From Felis catus (taxonomy: Eukaryota), in assembly GCF_018350175.1 (NCBI RefSeq), contig NC_058368.1:202866001-202930000 (forward strand): a stretch of 64,000 nt of DNA, read 5' to 3'. The position numbers were made by a program, and so were the translations under genes. The notes below the pieces were generated by a model. It had not been told where the DNA came from. It did not search any database and worked only from the letters and a program-made list of their open reading frames with translations. This document shows, piece after piece, positions 1 to 14,689 of the stretch; positions within the stretch are counted from its first letter, which is position 1, and each line of letters starts with the position of its first letter.

Positions 1-3000
1 AAACCTATTTGAAATGTCTATTGCTAGAGCTTGAGATACTATGGATCAATCGATTTCAAACCACAGGCTGCTATTCAGTGGGCCGAAACAATGTTGCAAC
101 CCACTGGATGTTGCTGACTAGATGTTGCAAAAACTTCAACAATATATGGAACACCTGGTAATCACTTCGTATGTCCCATTATATCTATTTGAAAACAGGG
201 GAATGGTGGAGGTACTCAGTGCAGCTTCACAGATTATTTCCATACTTTCATTTTAGAATTCCATGAGTAGTATATCTTTTCCTTAACTGGAGATGCTCAG
301 GCTTCCAACTACTATAGGCCTCTTACCTTTTGAGTCAAAATTTAAAAACAATGTTTTAGGTCCTTTTTCTAACCCATATATTTTTCTTATAATCTTTCAT
401 TGATGGAAAGGTGAGTGCGGGGAGAAAAGGTTATAGAGATGTTCTCATGCTTCCTCTTTATTTCTAAGACTCCAAGAAATTTGAAATAAATTATCTGTTA
501 CAAAGAAATTTTGGTAATAAGTTTAACATGTTTTAAGAGATTTAACATATTTTAAGTTAGAACGAAATATGATCCTTTCCATTATGGCAAGAAAAGAAAA
601 ATGGAAAAGATGTCACTGGCTACATAGTAAAACATTTCCAAGTAGTTTCAACTTTTCTATTTTCTTTTAGGACATGTTATATGACTTTGTAGAGTTGGGA
701 CATTGTCTGCAGAAATGAAATCATTTAATTTGACACTTTTTGTTTTTAATTTCTTCTTGGTAATTGTGTATGCTGCGCCTTAAAAAAAAAACAAAAACCA
801 GAACTAGAAGAACTGCTAAATGTTATACCTATCTGCCAAGAGACGAGAAGTCTCATTTTGGGGAAAATAGACAATCACATTAAGGTAGCTTGATAAAAAT
901 GAAAATTAATTATTTGTATGCCTTAAGGGGAATCATTAGTCTAAATAAGAATGCTGAAAGAACCCACTACATGAAGAGAAAGGAGGCTTTTTTCCCATCA
1001 CACTAATGCAGAAACTAAACACAGATATAATGACCATGGTATATTTGTTTCCACTGCATTGTTTGAATTAATGTCTCCAAGGAATAGACCATCAAGTTAA
1101 ATCAGCATTAAGAGCGTTTTCATGAATTTCAAAGTCTCAAATTAGCATTAACTATTTGTTATTCAGAATGCCAATCTTCAAAACTATCTTAATGAAATTA
1201 TCTTTGTTTTTACAGGATATTCCTTATTATTTGTTCAGTGTTTTGAACGTAGCAAAAGCTCCCAAAGAGAAAAATCATGGAGATGAATTTGCTAATTAAA
1301 TTCCTTAAAAGGCAATCAAAAGGACAGATACTGTAATTGCATCCTGAATTAATGAGTAGTCTTCTTGGGGTTCAGTCGTCTTTAAGATTACGGGCAGAGA
1401 CAAAGGACCTCAATTCCTATTAGGCAACAGGCATAATTGTGTTAAATAAGATGAACAGGTCCAAGGAATCTTAAGGCCCATATGGAACTCACAACCATAA
1501 TGGGAAGACAGAGCCTCTGGAGTGGGTTAGGTCAAAGGGAAAGAGTCAGAAGCCTTTGGAAGGACGGGCAAGGCCATGACTGTCCTGACAGCTCTATTTT
1601 ATTCCTCCCCATAGAGACTGTACAAATGACAGACAGGGTAGACAATGTTTAGACAACAGTGTAAATTTCTGGCTAGATGGTAGTACTATGTGCAATGTCT
1701 ACACATTTCCTTTGAATAGCAGAAGACTATTATCCTGTAAGGGTCTGAAACAATAAGTTATTTGGTGACATACTCTAGAATTTTTCCTCCCTCTCTCCTC
1801 ATCTCCACATGGCAGAATCAAGAATTTGGATAGAGCTCTACTACTTGTAATTCTACAGGATAGGGATGACCCAGAGAAACACTGTTTTATTACTGGGGAT
1901 GTTTTTGTGATCTCAATATGCTCATGACCGATGGCCTAAAGGATATATATGTATTAACTACAAATATCCTTTTATGCTTTTTGATATATTTTTATAAATA
2001 AATGGAGAAATCAATCAATATATACAGAACCTGATACTATGATTATCATTATACCATGTATATATCATCCAATTTTCAGATATTAATATGAAGAATGGAA
2101 TTTTTTAAATTAAAATTTTCCTCCTAAATAAATAGAAAAAATTTATCACCTGAATTTTTAAGAACCTTGAAACATTAGATTTTGTTCTGAAATAATGTTA
2201 GAGACATCATAGAGCCCTTACTTGTGACGGGCAAATGCCTGGGTTTCTTGTCATGCAGCCAATTGGCTTCTGTGCTGGATTCTCCAGCTTATTCAACCTC
2301 CAGTTCCATTTTGCCTGCCGTAACTTCAGCACAGAAATAAGGAAAGGGCTTGGAGAAGAATGTGAAGGTAGAGATTGTAAGCAAAGATTTAGCAGTGAAA
2401 GATTCTGTACAACTCTAAAAGCAGGTGAAGGGAAGAGAGAGATTGAACAAACATTCCTTTCTACCACCAGCTGGAAGCATCTTTCACTCCTGACACCAAG
2501 AAGCTAATTATTGAACTCAACCTCTCAGGTATGCCAAGCTGAACGCTGTTGGGATGTTGCTTTAAGCAGATAGCAGAAGACCTCTTATTCCCTCATTCTC
2601 TAGGTTTCCATTCTGGTTACTTATCTCCCTGTATGGATAGTTTTCCAGTCTCTCAGATCAGCTAGTACAGGCTTAAATATATAGAATTCTAACAAGGAGC
2701 TCTGACTGAATCTAGGTTAAGCAAGATCAGGGGTTATTCGTTTTATGAAAATATATGTAATGCCTAATCTAAGTGAACAGATGTATTCAACATGACCTCA
2801 TTTTCAAGATAACCTAACATTTTGTATTTTTATAGAAAAGTCTTGGAGCAGTGAATGGGAGCCAAACCAAAGGTATAAGAGCATGAAGAAGAGGAAGGTA
2901 ACTTGCCCAAGAAAGATTAGAAGGAGAACAACCTCAGAGGTATCTGACAGTGATGTGAAGCCAGAAATTTTGAAGAATAATTGACACATAGGCTGGCGGA

Positions 3001-3429
3001 AGTTAACAGCCTACATTTCTGGAGTCCACCACCCAGATTTGGATCCACCATCTTCATGCTTTGAATTTCTCATAAGAAATGGGGCCCACATTCTTCACTA
3101 CCTATTTTCAAAGTTTTTATGACAATTGCAAGGGCAACCATTAGTAAGTGCTAATTGTCTTATCAAAAAATTCTTATTAATAAAGTATAACCAGTGAGAG
3201 GGAAGGTCTCTGGTAACTTATTACAAGAATCTTTTCTTTACTCTGATCTGTTCAACATATTCATTAACAACTTGGGCAAGAATTTTACTTATCACATGTG
3301 TGATTACCTTGTATCTAGGTAAGATAGAAACTATATTAGATAAAGGGGTCAGCAGTAACACAATAACTTGGCACCTGGAGATGTAAGGCAACCTAACAAG
3401 TCGAAATTTAGTATTTATAAAGATGATAT

Positions 3430-3651
3430 GGGGTGCCTGGGTGGCTCAGTCGGTTAAGCCTCCGACTTCAGCTCAGGTCACGATCTCACGGTCCGTGAGT
3501 TCGAGCCCCGCGTTGGGCTCTGGGCTGATGGCTCAGAGCCTGGAGCCTGCTTCTGATTCTGTGTCTCCCTCTCTCTCTGCCCCTCCCCCGTTCATGCTCT
3601 GTCTCTCTCTGTCTCAAAAATAAATAAAAATGTTAAAAAAAAATTTAAAAA
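3430..3651 (+). mobile_element. Can-SINE (felid type)
   Basis: GGGGTGCCTGGGTGGCTCAG head, (CT)n, A-tail, TSD AAAGATGATA. Confidence 0.95.
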
Positions 3652-5504
3652 AAGATGATACGGCCTTAATTTACTTGAAAAACTAATTGCTTAGCACAAC
3701 CTTAGTGGGAGCAGGGGACATAATTTAGTCCAGTAGGTGAAAAACAAATGTAAGGCTTTAAGTCAACTGGAACCTTTCTAGAAAGCAGCATGGTAAACTA
3801 AGTATTAGAAAAATCATTATTTTAGGCTACACAATGGATTTCCCCTTTCTAAACAAAAACACCATAGCTCTTCACTCAGGTTTGGGTGCCCAGATAAGCT
3901 GCTCCTCACTTAAAGGAGAATGTTAGGATGAGGAAAGGAATGGATAATGTGGCTGGGGTCAAGGTGGATGAAAGGGAAATGCTAAACCAAAAGAAGAGAA
4001 GACAGAGTGAACTCAAAAAAAAAAAAGGAGAATTATCTTCAAATATCTAAGTAGCCTACCTGCCATTTAGAGAAGAATTAGTTGTAAACTTGATAGTTTG
4101 AACCTGAACCACCAGAAGGAATTGAATAGAAAACACACTTGAATCTCTGGAAGAAATCTATTGCTTTCTAATGTCAAGTTTTTAAATAATAAGATCCATG
4201 AATATTTATAGCAGAAATTATGAAGAATCAAGAAAGGTGGAAAGAAAAAAAATTGCACATAATCCCACAGATGTGGAAACATTGTCCCCTGCAAACAGCT
4301 GAAGAAAAGCTACTTGTTATAATTTATCTCACTGTTAGGAGTGAGATTATTTCTGATATCCAGTTTTCTCATTGAATTTGCAAACAACTGAGAAAGTATA
4401 TGAAAGCAATCAGAAAACTCAACAAAAATGAAAGGGCAATGTGAGGGTGCCCACATTAAGTGGGACCACCCTTATCGGCCTGTTTTGAGATGTGGTCTGC
4501 TTTGTCGGGGTGAGGATTATTTGTTCCTGTGCATCATGAAATATGCAAGTACTGTCCGTCAATCTCACCAAAGGAATAAAAACTATAATTTTGTATTCTC
4601 TGAAGATCAGTCAATAATCTTATATAAAATATATCCTGTATAAAACAGCTTATAATTTAGAACAGAACGCAGTTATTCAGTTGTTAAGGGCCTATTTCTT
4701 TTCTGTTTTTTCTTGGTCTGAAATAAAGATTATGATTACGTAAGTGAGGTGCCTCCTGGCTAAGCATTAACTGAAACTATGTCACTTAAAGATCTCATTG
4801 CTTCAGTTCACTGTATCCACTCCTAACCCTGCTAATTTGCTAATTGGGTATGATTTCTGCCAGTAACTCACCAGAATCCTTACGCAGGCAAAGTTAATAA
4901 GTCACTTCATAGGTGCTGAACTGCAGTTTTGGTTGCCTTTTACATGCTTAACAGACTCTGTTTTCTTTGTGACATCATTTGGAATCATTGGAGAAGAGGT
5001 TTCCTGTTTTTTGTCATTTTACACCCATTATCTTGTTCCATTGCTATCTTGACATGTTCCCTTCTCACAGCTTTGATTCAGGAGCCTGAGATAATAAATG
5101 AATTTAGGCTGTGTTTGGAAGAGACTAGAAATTCTCAAGAATGAGTGCCCTCTGTAATTTACACAGCTTCGCTCTGCCCCCCATTTGGCTCTGCAGGCTG
5201 GCCAGGGCTGGGATCCTCTGACAGGCATCATTATTTCTTCCCCAAGCAGAGTTTACATTCCCTTCTTGGGCAGGAGAGGTGACCCTTGTGCCAAATATTG
5301 CTACCCAGCAATTAGAGCCATTGCTAACACATTCTCTGAAAGCTCAGACAGGAGTATAGTTAAGCCATGCATAACTTTGCTCATCACAGCCTCAGGAATA
5401 ATTCCTGGAGACTGGAGAGGGATCTCACTCCTTTCCGTACAGCAGTCTATGTCACCTTAGCTGTATCCCTTTCTCTGGTCAGCCATTCTAAAATAAATTC
5501 TCTT

Positions 5505-5733
5505 GGGGTGCCTGGGTGGCTCAGTCAATGAAGCCTTGGACTCCTGATTTTGGCTCAGGTTGTGATCTCATGGTTCATGAGTTCGAGCCGCACATTGAGC
5601 TCTGTGCTGGTAGATTTTCTTTCTCTCTCTCTCTCTCTCTCTGCCCCTCCCCTACCTGTGCGTTTGTGTGCACACTCTCTTTCAAAATAAATAAATAAAC
5701 TTTAAAAAAGTAAATAAAAAAAATAAAATAAAA
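5505..5733 (+). mobile_element. Can-SINE, older
   Basis: tRNA-like head, (CT)n, A-rich tail. Confidence 0.9.
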
Positions 5734-7279
5734 TCTCCATCACACTCTATCCCATCATGCTGCTCTCATTTTCTTTGCATTTTCACCATCTGACCGATTA
5801 TACTGCATTTTGTTATTTAGCTATTTCTTGTCTCCATTTGCCCCACCCCTCCCCTTGGAATGTAAGCTGCCTAAGAACAAGGACTTTGTTTCTGTCTAGC
5901 ACTGCAACCCCAGTGCCTGAAATAGTGCCCAGAACATCATAGATTTTCAAGAAAACTTGTCGAATAAGTGATAAATGACTTTGCTGGAGTGGTTTATAGA
6001 AACAGCTGAAGAATATGGTGGTTTGCTTTATCATATGCACTTGCTTTCTCGGCCCCAGCATAAGCACACATGTAATATACACACACAGAAATCAAGGGTG
6101 GCTTGTATGGTCATCCTGTCTTATTTAAAAACAAATATGTATTCAGTAAATATTTGTTGATTGAGCAAATGCATTAATGGAAGCATGAGTTTGACAACTA
6201 AAGGTTGTTTAAAAATATTTTTCTAATTGGAGCACTGAAAGGATAACCCAGGAAGAAAAGAAGAGAAGAACTGAATGAACAGGACATCCTTTCATACCTT
6301 CTTGCCTAACTGGAAAGACGTTATGAGGACGACACTGAGCTTTCCCCTCTAACTGGTAATAGAGAAGGAGAAAACCAAATAAAAATAAAAATATGAAGTG
6401 AATGTGTCCCATTGAATGATAAATAAATTGAAATTCAATAAACGAGTTAGAAAAAAAATCTAATTTGCTCCCCGTTTTACTGGAGAAACAACTTTAACTC
6501 TTCGGTCACAAGTGTTGACAGTATTCTCATCAAAAAGGCCCAACCGAAGGGAACAGTAAGGCCTGCCAGAGTGTCTTCCATCATAAGGTGCAATTTAAAA
6601 ATAGCTTTCTGTCTTCTCCGAAGATAGGGAAACGGGTGAGGAGAGCAGAGAGTGGGATCCGGCAGAAATACGTATTTTCAGTCCCTTAATAAACACTGAC
6701 TTGACCTGCCTTTCAAGACTGACAGAGTTGGTCCCCAGGATACTTCCAGGCTTGCTGCATATAATCTGGACCACCAGGAGGTCTGGGACAAAGAATCAAC
6801 TTGCAAGATCCCAAGGACCTGGTGGCACCTTCCAGCTCCTGAGAAAGGCATCTTGATTTAGGTGCACACATAAATATACAAATGTTCTCGGCTGCTTGGC
6901 AGAGAGCCCAGCGCAGGAAAAAACATTACGCTTCTTTTTGCAAAGTGCCATTAAAAGCCACGGACCGTGCCAGATTGAGTTATGAGATGCTTCTTAGTTT
7001 TTTGGCTTCCTCGGTACGTCTTTAAGGGTCAGTGCAAAGTTTCTCTACAGCCATTTCTCAGTTCCTAAATTACAGCTACAATTTGGAGAAGAATTTTTCC
7101 CCCACAGTTGATAATTAGTAAGAGATAAGAAAAACTACCTTTTATAATGCTGATAAAAAACATAAATTGTGCATGGTATTATATGCGCAAAGTGCTGTCT
7201 CTGTGTAGACCCCTTTAAAGGAAAGGCCTTCCAATTTCTGACAGCTTTGTGTGGATGTTCTTTAACAATAGTTTTCTTC

Positions 7280-7283
<4 letters not shown>

Positions 7284-7316
<33 letters not shown>
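7284..7316. repeat. (CA)n microsatellite
   Basis: Direct reading. Confidence 0.95.
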
Positions 7317-7317
<1 letters not shown>

Positions 7318-8689
7318 CATTCAACTTCCTTTGTTTCTCAAAATGTCATCTTTACTTTTTTTCCTTCTCACATTCATTCTTGCTCATAAAGCAGATCCAT
7401 TAAGCCATCTGCTTACCCCGGCTAAGAGAGTTCTAAGTGCTCTACTATACCAGAGCACTGGTTGCACTGTTAGTTTGTTATCAGTTTTGACAGTTTACAA
7501 GCCCCCAATTGGTATGAACCAAGTTTTATTCAGAGCTTTGTACCAAAGGAGCAATCGTAATGAAATTAATTACTGCATTTATTGAAAGTGTATCATATGC
7601 TAGGTACAATTTACATATATTAGGTCATTCAGTCTTCGCAACAATTCTGTGAAGGATAATTAAGTTTGCATAGGTGAAGGAACCCAATCACAGAGAAGTC
7701 GCATTCCTGGGAAATAGTTGAGATCCAAAACCGTGTGAATGTCATCAGATACTCTTAACAAAAGTGTGTGTTGTAGGCCCTCAAATGTATGCTGAATGAA
7801 CTGTTATCTGTTGAGTGTAGAACTGTTAGAGGCCTAATATAGCCAACGTGATCATATGCCCTCAAAAATAATTCTGGAAACACCCACAGTTCATCTTGTT
7901 AGTATTTCCATTGCAAGCCTGCCCTAGTAGTCTCCCAGAAGCCTCACTGTCCTTACCACCCTTTTGCCTAGTGACTCCACCTGAGTTCAGTTTAGCTAGT
8001 GCCATTGCATCTAGAAATAACAAAGTCCTATTTGCAGTGGCATTAAGGTATGCTTGGGTACACTTTTGTGTGTCTCCCATGCCTATCTCCCTTGCAGTAT
8101 AATTCAAAATACTTAGTGAAATCCTAGTTATGGATATGCCCCCTTTTGGATATGTAGAGAGGGTACATAACTTTTTTTCCTGACATTCTCTGCTCTTGGG
8201 CTGTCATTTCACATGCAATCTGTACCTTTTTCCTGATAGAACTATCTTGCCCAAGTTCTCAGTCTAATCTTCAAAGACACGCAACCGGAAGGCTCTGTTG
8301 CATGGAAAAGGTCAGCTCATCATGAGCTAAAAGAAGACAGACAGTTCATGATTTGCAGCCTTAGCATCAAGTGAAAATACCTAACTCCTGAGGAAAGCTG
8401 ACAGACGCTTCTAAAATCATCATGTTCCCCCACAATGAAAGTTGGCTACAAAGGGTTGGAAGATAAAAGACACCACTAGAACAGGGTCACTTTGAAAAGT
8501 TGCTGCAAATTACAAATATCAGCTTTTATTTTTTAAAACCACCACAGAGTTAGAGTAGGGCTATTAGTAGCTTATTTTGTAGTCCAGTATTTCAATCGTG
8601 GTTAAACTATCATATCACAGTACCTCATGAACGGTAGCCAAATAAAGAGAGTAGCCAAGCCCAGCTTTTATATAAAGGCAATTACACTG

Positions 8690-8900
8690 CAAGCATCTAA
8701 TATTTCTGAGTATTTATTGTATGCAGATATGGTGCTAGACACTTCATATATTATTTCATTTAATACTCATTATTACTCTCAGAGACAGGAACTAATATAT
8801 CATCCTCATTTTATACATGAGGAAACTGAGTCATAGGAAAATTAAGTAACTCTCCCAAGGGCACAAAACTAATGGAACTAGAATTTGAACTCTGGCAATA
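8690..8900 (-). mobile_element. MIR-like SINE relic
   Basis: CATTTTATACATGAGGAAACTGAG MIR core. Confidence 0.6.
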
Positions 8901-10002
8901 TTAACTATGGCAGTTGTTTTTGCTTGCTTAACAGGAGCCAGGAGAATACCCCTGGGAATGTATTTGGATGGAAATGGCAGGATATAAGACTAGAGAAGCA
9001 ATAATTCTTTGTCTTGAGAACACTTTCTCAGAATACAACACTTGAAACTTTGGCAAAGTCCTCGGGAAATAAGACAAACTCCCTGCTAAGATGGTCCTTC
9101 GAAGTCTAAAGAAACTTGACCAGTGCTGAACAAAGTAGAATGCCTGAGTTGCTCTGGAAGATGGTAGAGGAAGGAATAAAATAGATTGGGGAAAATGGGC
9201 AGCTGGAATAGGTATATTAGGTAAATTAAGATACCCTGTCCCCCAAGGATTGTGTGCCATGGAAGGGCTCAGAGAACAGACTATTTATCAAATATGTCAG
9301 AAATGATCTGGTATGAGGGGGATCACTGGCATAACCAAGTTCAGTAGTAGCTCTCTGCAGGCCAGGGCTGATTGTAGGGGAAGCACTTATAGACTTGAGC
9401 TCATTAATATCCATGAAGATGATGAGGTCCCAAAGAAATAGAGGCCAAATGGTGATACTTAACTGTCAAACAATTTCTGTGATAGCCAACAAAGACATCC
9501 AGAGGGTTTTGCTTAACCCACACAGACTTGTGAAGATGACTAATGAAATACGGTTGTCCCTACAGAAAAGTAGGCAAGTATTTTATTTTTAAAGGTTAAT
9601 ATCAACAACTGAAAGGATGTAGGAATGGAAGACAGGAGACTCAGTGTGGTAAAACGTCATAATCTCTTGTTTAGATCCCAGACATAAGCCTGTTTTCAAA
9701 TCCAGAACCTACTGACCGAAGAGCTGGTTGGTTTACTAAGAGGAAGCAATATAAAAACACCATAGCAAGGATATACTGTGAAAATTTCCCCAGTTTTCCC
9801 CCCAAAAGAACCTATGGCTATTTACTTAGGTGGTTTTACCTTGGGGAAATAAGAATATTCAGACATTCCAAAGAATATTGAGCACAGTGTCTCAGTTGAT
9901 ACGCAGACAACCAAAGCATCATCATGCCCACACTGTTAGAGTAAGGGTTTATAGGAGGCAGGTGATAAATAAACTTCTGGCACATAGCACCCATAGCAAA
10001 GT

Positions 10003-10004
<2 letters not shown>

Positions 10005-10050
<46 letters not shown>
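10005..10050. repeat. (CT)n microsatellite
   Basis: Direct reading. Confidence 0.95.
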
Positions 10051-10053
<3 letters not shown>

Positions 10054-10205
10054 AATGTTTATACTTTAGCAATAATGCCACATTTGGTACAGTGGGTGAA
10101 ACCAGATCTACTTATGTAAGCCTACACTAGTCTAAAATCTACAGTAACTATCCTGAATCCATTTAGATTCTACAGGGGCAGAATGGCAAATTAAATCTAG
10201 ACATG

Positions 10206-10680
10206 TGTGATGGTTTATTTTATATCAACTTCACTGCCCAAATATTTAGTTAAATATTATTCTGGGTATGTCTGTGAAGATGTTTCTAGATGAGATTAAC
10301 ATTTGAATCAGTAGACTGACTAAAGCAAATTGCCCTTTCTAATGTGAGGAGGTCCCATCTAATCATTTGAAGGCCTAACTGATTGAGCGGTAATATTGGT
10401 TTTTTTTGGTCTTTGGACTCAAACTGAAACACTGGTCTTTCCTGGATCTTGAGCCTTATGACTTTCAAAATGAAACTTACATCAGTTTTCCTGGTTCCTA
10501 GGCCTTTGGATTCAGACTAGAACTACACCATTTACTATCCTGGGTCTTCAGCTCATTGACTAAAGATCTTGGGACTTCTCAGCCTCCACAATCATGTGAA
10601 ACAATTCCTTATAGTAAATATCTTTCAATAGATAGATTGATACATAAATAAATGATAGACAGATGGATAGATAGATTCAA
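10206..10680 (+). mobile_element. MLT2-like ERVL LTR
   Basis: TGTGATGGTT start and GAGATTAACATTTGAATCAGTAGACTG motif typical of MLT2. Confidence 0.75.
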
Positions 10681-11455
10681 ATGCTTTGTTTGAAATTCAT
10701 CAGTGAGTTTTTGTTCCAACGCTACACTTCCCACTAGCTGCTGTTAGTCAATGACTGGCAGGAAGAAAAAGTAAGGCAGGACCATTCCTGGGAAATATGG
10801 TGTTCCTTTGACTGGCAGCCTTGGCTCAAGGACTCCTTTGGATTCTCCCAAGGCAGCTCTTGAAATAAATTCTTGGGCTTAGTTTATTTGGGAGACGATC
10901 CCATTATGCTGAAGTGGGAAATCAGAAAGAGTGAGACAGGGAAGGAGAAAAAGTAAATATAAGGATGTGTTATAGAGACTACCATAGTGGGCAACAGTGT
11001 CTTAATTCTGCCAAAAGTTCCTGAGAAGGGTATAAATACCTCCCAGAATTTTCTTCCTGAAGGGCAGGAACTGGATCATTTACCCATGAACTGCTATCTC
11101 CCATTGTCTCAGGTTGGTGTGGCTCCTCCACATCAAAGAACACCCTAGGGCAGAGTGTAAGACACTTGATGCATGGGAAAGCAGAGACATTGCTTGTCCT
11201 TTTCTCTATGAATTTCCAGTGCCTTGCACATACTTGTTTATCAGTAAGTATTGAACTAATAAGTGGATAAATGAATGAATGAATTTATTGATTGTTAAAG
11301 ATCATTTACTTTAGTAGTTCTCAAGTGTTAGTCTGTGTATGGACAGTATCAGAAGCATCTGTGGGCTGTTTGAAAATCAAATATTCTTTTGAACACTGGT
11401 GATTCAGTAGACCTGGTATAACCCAACATTCTTTTTTTACTGTTTCTTTATTTTT

Positions 11456-11671
11456 TTTTAATTTTTTTAACATTTATTTATTTTTGAGACAGAGAGAGAC
11501 AGAGCATGAACGGGGGAGGGGCAGAGAGAGACGGAGACACAGAATCGGAAGCAGGCTCCAGGCCCTGAGCCATCAGCTCAGAGCCGGACTCAGGGCTCGA
11601 ACTCACGGACCATGAGATCGTGACCTGAGCTAAAGTCAGACGCTCAACCAACTGAGCCACCCAGGCGCCCC
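11456..11671 (-). mobile_element. Young Can-SINE inserted in the tail of an older SINE
   Basis: TSD ACTGTTTCTTTATTTTT on both sides. Confidence 0.93.
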
Positions 11672-11857
11672 ACTGTTTCTTTATTTTTGAGAGAGAAGGA
11701 GAGACAGAGCGAGGGATAGAAAAAGGGAGGGAGGGAAAGAGAAAATCTCTTTGTGTACTGTCAGCACAAAGCTCAGCATGTGGCTTGAACCCACAAACCA
11801 TGAGATTGCGACCTCAGCCGAAGTCCAATGCTCAACTGACTGAGCTACCCAGGTGCC
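11672..11857 (-). mobile_element. Older Can-SINE (host of the nested copy)
   Basis: Antisense SINE body and head. Confidence 0.88.
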
Positions 11858-14440
11858 TTATTCTTAAAATTCTAAAATTCTAAAAATTCTTATTTAAAGA
11901 AATTCTCGTGTGATTTAGAGGCAAAGCCTGCACTGATTTCATTGTACTGATCTATTGATCTGATTCCACAACTAAAGCTCGTTTCTCTTTCCTACTAGTG
12001 GAAGATATTTTGTGATATGTTCTATCAAACAACCAAACTGTAGCTTTTTAGTTTTTGTATGTAAAACTTTTACCCAATTTGTCAGTGATTGAGAACAGTT
12101 CTACAGATGGATTGATTTAAGTTTCACATCTTTTCCATTTCTCATTTAGGAATTATCAGGAGTCAGTAATTATAAGCCCAGTTTAAGTACATCTTAAATC
12201 TTCAAAAGAGACATTTCAGTACTCATGGGCTATCAGATTGCAGATGGGCTCAAGAGAAGACACAGTTATACAGAAATAACTGGAGTCCAGGCTTTTAGCA
12301 TTTGCTCAATTTCACTTCTGATAAGTTTTAATTCTCTCTATTATCTAAAAGCATAGACCAAGGGATAGAAAAGAAGACTTCTACAATTTCAGAAACTGAT
12401 GTCTTAAAGGGTAAGGGAAACAGATATAAGAAAAATGGTTTAGGAACTTTGAGATACAGAAGCATGAATTCCATTTGTCCTAGAATCTCCTGGGTACGCA
12501 TTTTAGTTTAACACACATGGTGAAGCAGCTGCTTTGATGTCATCTTTTGGCCATTCAGAGACACCCTCTGCTGGAATTCTTCCTCGGGGGCTCCATCCAA
12601 AAGGGTTCGATGTGTAAATTAATATGTAAACTCAAGACTTTCATTATCTCTTTCAGGCGACACCATTTCAGAGCCAGATGACATTAATAATGGAGCAGTG
12701 AAAAAGATGTGACCCATAAACATCTTAGCACTGCCTCTGACTTAAGTTTATTTTCACATTATAAAATACTATAGACTCAAAAAATTCAAAAAATTCTAAA
12801 GAGGAGCCCATAGAAGATAAAAACAACTGTATTTCTACCAACCAAAGACCATTAAAAATGTTGGTGCTATTTCTTTGTATTTATACATGCTTCTTATTTT
12901 GTTAGGTTAATAAATGAATACATGAAAAAAATAGAAGATGGATAGATAGGTATATAATGCCTTTCTCCTATGTATACAATTTTTTGTGCTTTTTCCACTC
13001 AAGAGTATAACATAAGAAAATTATTCATTGAAAATCCTTTACAGTAATAATTTATTATTCTCCCTCACATTCTGCTATCTATATATTCCTTATATTCAAA
13101 CATTCCTATATTATCTGGATTTATTTTCTCTTTTTTTTCTGGTATCAATCATAAGGGCATGATCATCTACACACAGAAAGGTTTTTTCTATATTGTTGCT
13201 TCTTTAATTTTATAAAAGGAGAATTATGGTTTCAAGGAGTTTGAATGTTTTTATATTTCTTGATGTATTTTTAAACCCTTGAGTAAAAGCCAAATTAAAG
13301 ACAGAAAATGCACATAAAAATATATGTGGATTTCACAGTGTTGCCATTTTTAGTATATAATTGTTTGGACTTAACTCTGACGTAAAGTACAAAGAGCAGG
13401 AATACACATATCTAAATGGGTGTTTCCTACTGGAGAGCTTGATAACGACATGGTGATTTTTTTTCCTCTTTTCCTTTTTCCTCTTTAGTCTTCTTGAATT
13501 ATCACATTATACATTTAGGAAGCAGCTGTGAGTTGTAGGGCACAAGTGGAAAGATATCAGCCATTCATTCACTCAACAAATATTGAGTGACTACTACGTG
13601 CCAGGGAACATTCTAAGTGCTGGAGATACTGAGGTGAAAGAGGACTAAACCTACTGAGGAATAAGAAGAGAGCGAGGCAGGGGATTTAGGGGAGGGTCAT
13701 GTATAGGAAGTAATTGATTTGCCACTTTGGTTTTAGGGCTTAAGGAAAGCCTCTCCATGGAAGACAAACTGATGCTCAGATGTGAAGGGCAAGTAGGAAT
13801 CAGTAGAGATGTAAGGAGAAAGACCATTAGAGGAAAGATGAGCAATGAATACAAGTTTTCTCAGTGAGAAGCTTGCTCTGTCAGAGGAAGAAGTGCAGCA
13901 TAAATGAAATCGATCTTTGTCTTCAGTTATGAAAGTAGGGAAACATAACACAGTATTTGAAGTATCTGCTATTTTATCCCTAGAAATCCCATACACTTTC
14001 ATATTAAATTATAGTTTTTGTAGATATATTGAAACAATATTTATGTTCCTGATTACTTCAAGGATATAATAGTTATTATGTTTGTTGCTAAGAATTATCA
14101 TTTAATGTCTTAATAAAATAGCATATATATTGCCGTAACAAATTTCTTTTTAACAATATTTTGATGATTGTATCAATATAATTGCTTTTCTTTTTTAAAC
14201 TTTGTGCCTGAAAAACATTCTTCTGAGAAAGAGTTCAGAGTTAAAAGGATTAATGGCACCAAAAATGGTTGCAGACCCTGGTCTGAAGGAAAGAAGGCCT
14301 GTGGGAATCTTTTTTCAACCATATCATAGTGTATCATTAGTCTATGGCATGTCTGTGCCAATGAGTCATTTAACCCAAATAACCACAGCAAAAATTAATG
14401 TTCTGTGCTTTTTTTCTTTCTTTTTAAAAAATACACCTTA

Positions 14441-14676
14441 GGGAAGCCTGGGTGGCTCAGTCAGTTAGGCATTGACTTTGGCTCACATCACGATCTCACA
14501 GTTTGTGAGTCTGAGCCCCGCGTCGGGCTCTGTGCTGACAGCTCAGAGCCTGGGGCTTGTTCGGATTCTGTGTCTCCCTCTCTCTGTCCCTACCCCTTTT
14601 GAGCTCTCTTTCTCTCTCTCTCTCTCTGAAAAATAAATAATAATCATAAAAAAATAAAAATAAATAAAAAATAAAA
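14441..14676 (+). mobile_element. Can-SINE
   Basis: Head, (CT)n, A-tail. Confidence 0.9.
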
Positions 14677-14689
14677 CATGGTTAGAGTG

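Noticed and set aside
2207..2507. Overlapping 86/90-aa ORFs in unique sequence
   Set aside because: No recognisable domain, and the lengths are expected by chance.
3423..3623. Recurrent 60-110 aa ORFs (WVAQSV..., GAPGWRSRLSVRLQ...) here and at many other sites
   Set aside because: All are Can-SINE translations; the tRNA-like heads are also not tRNA genes.
6600..7030. Mildly CpG-enriched unique stretch as a promoter or enhancer
   Set aside because: Too weak for a CpG island; cannot be supported without chromatin or conservation data.
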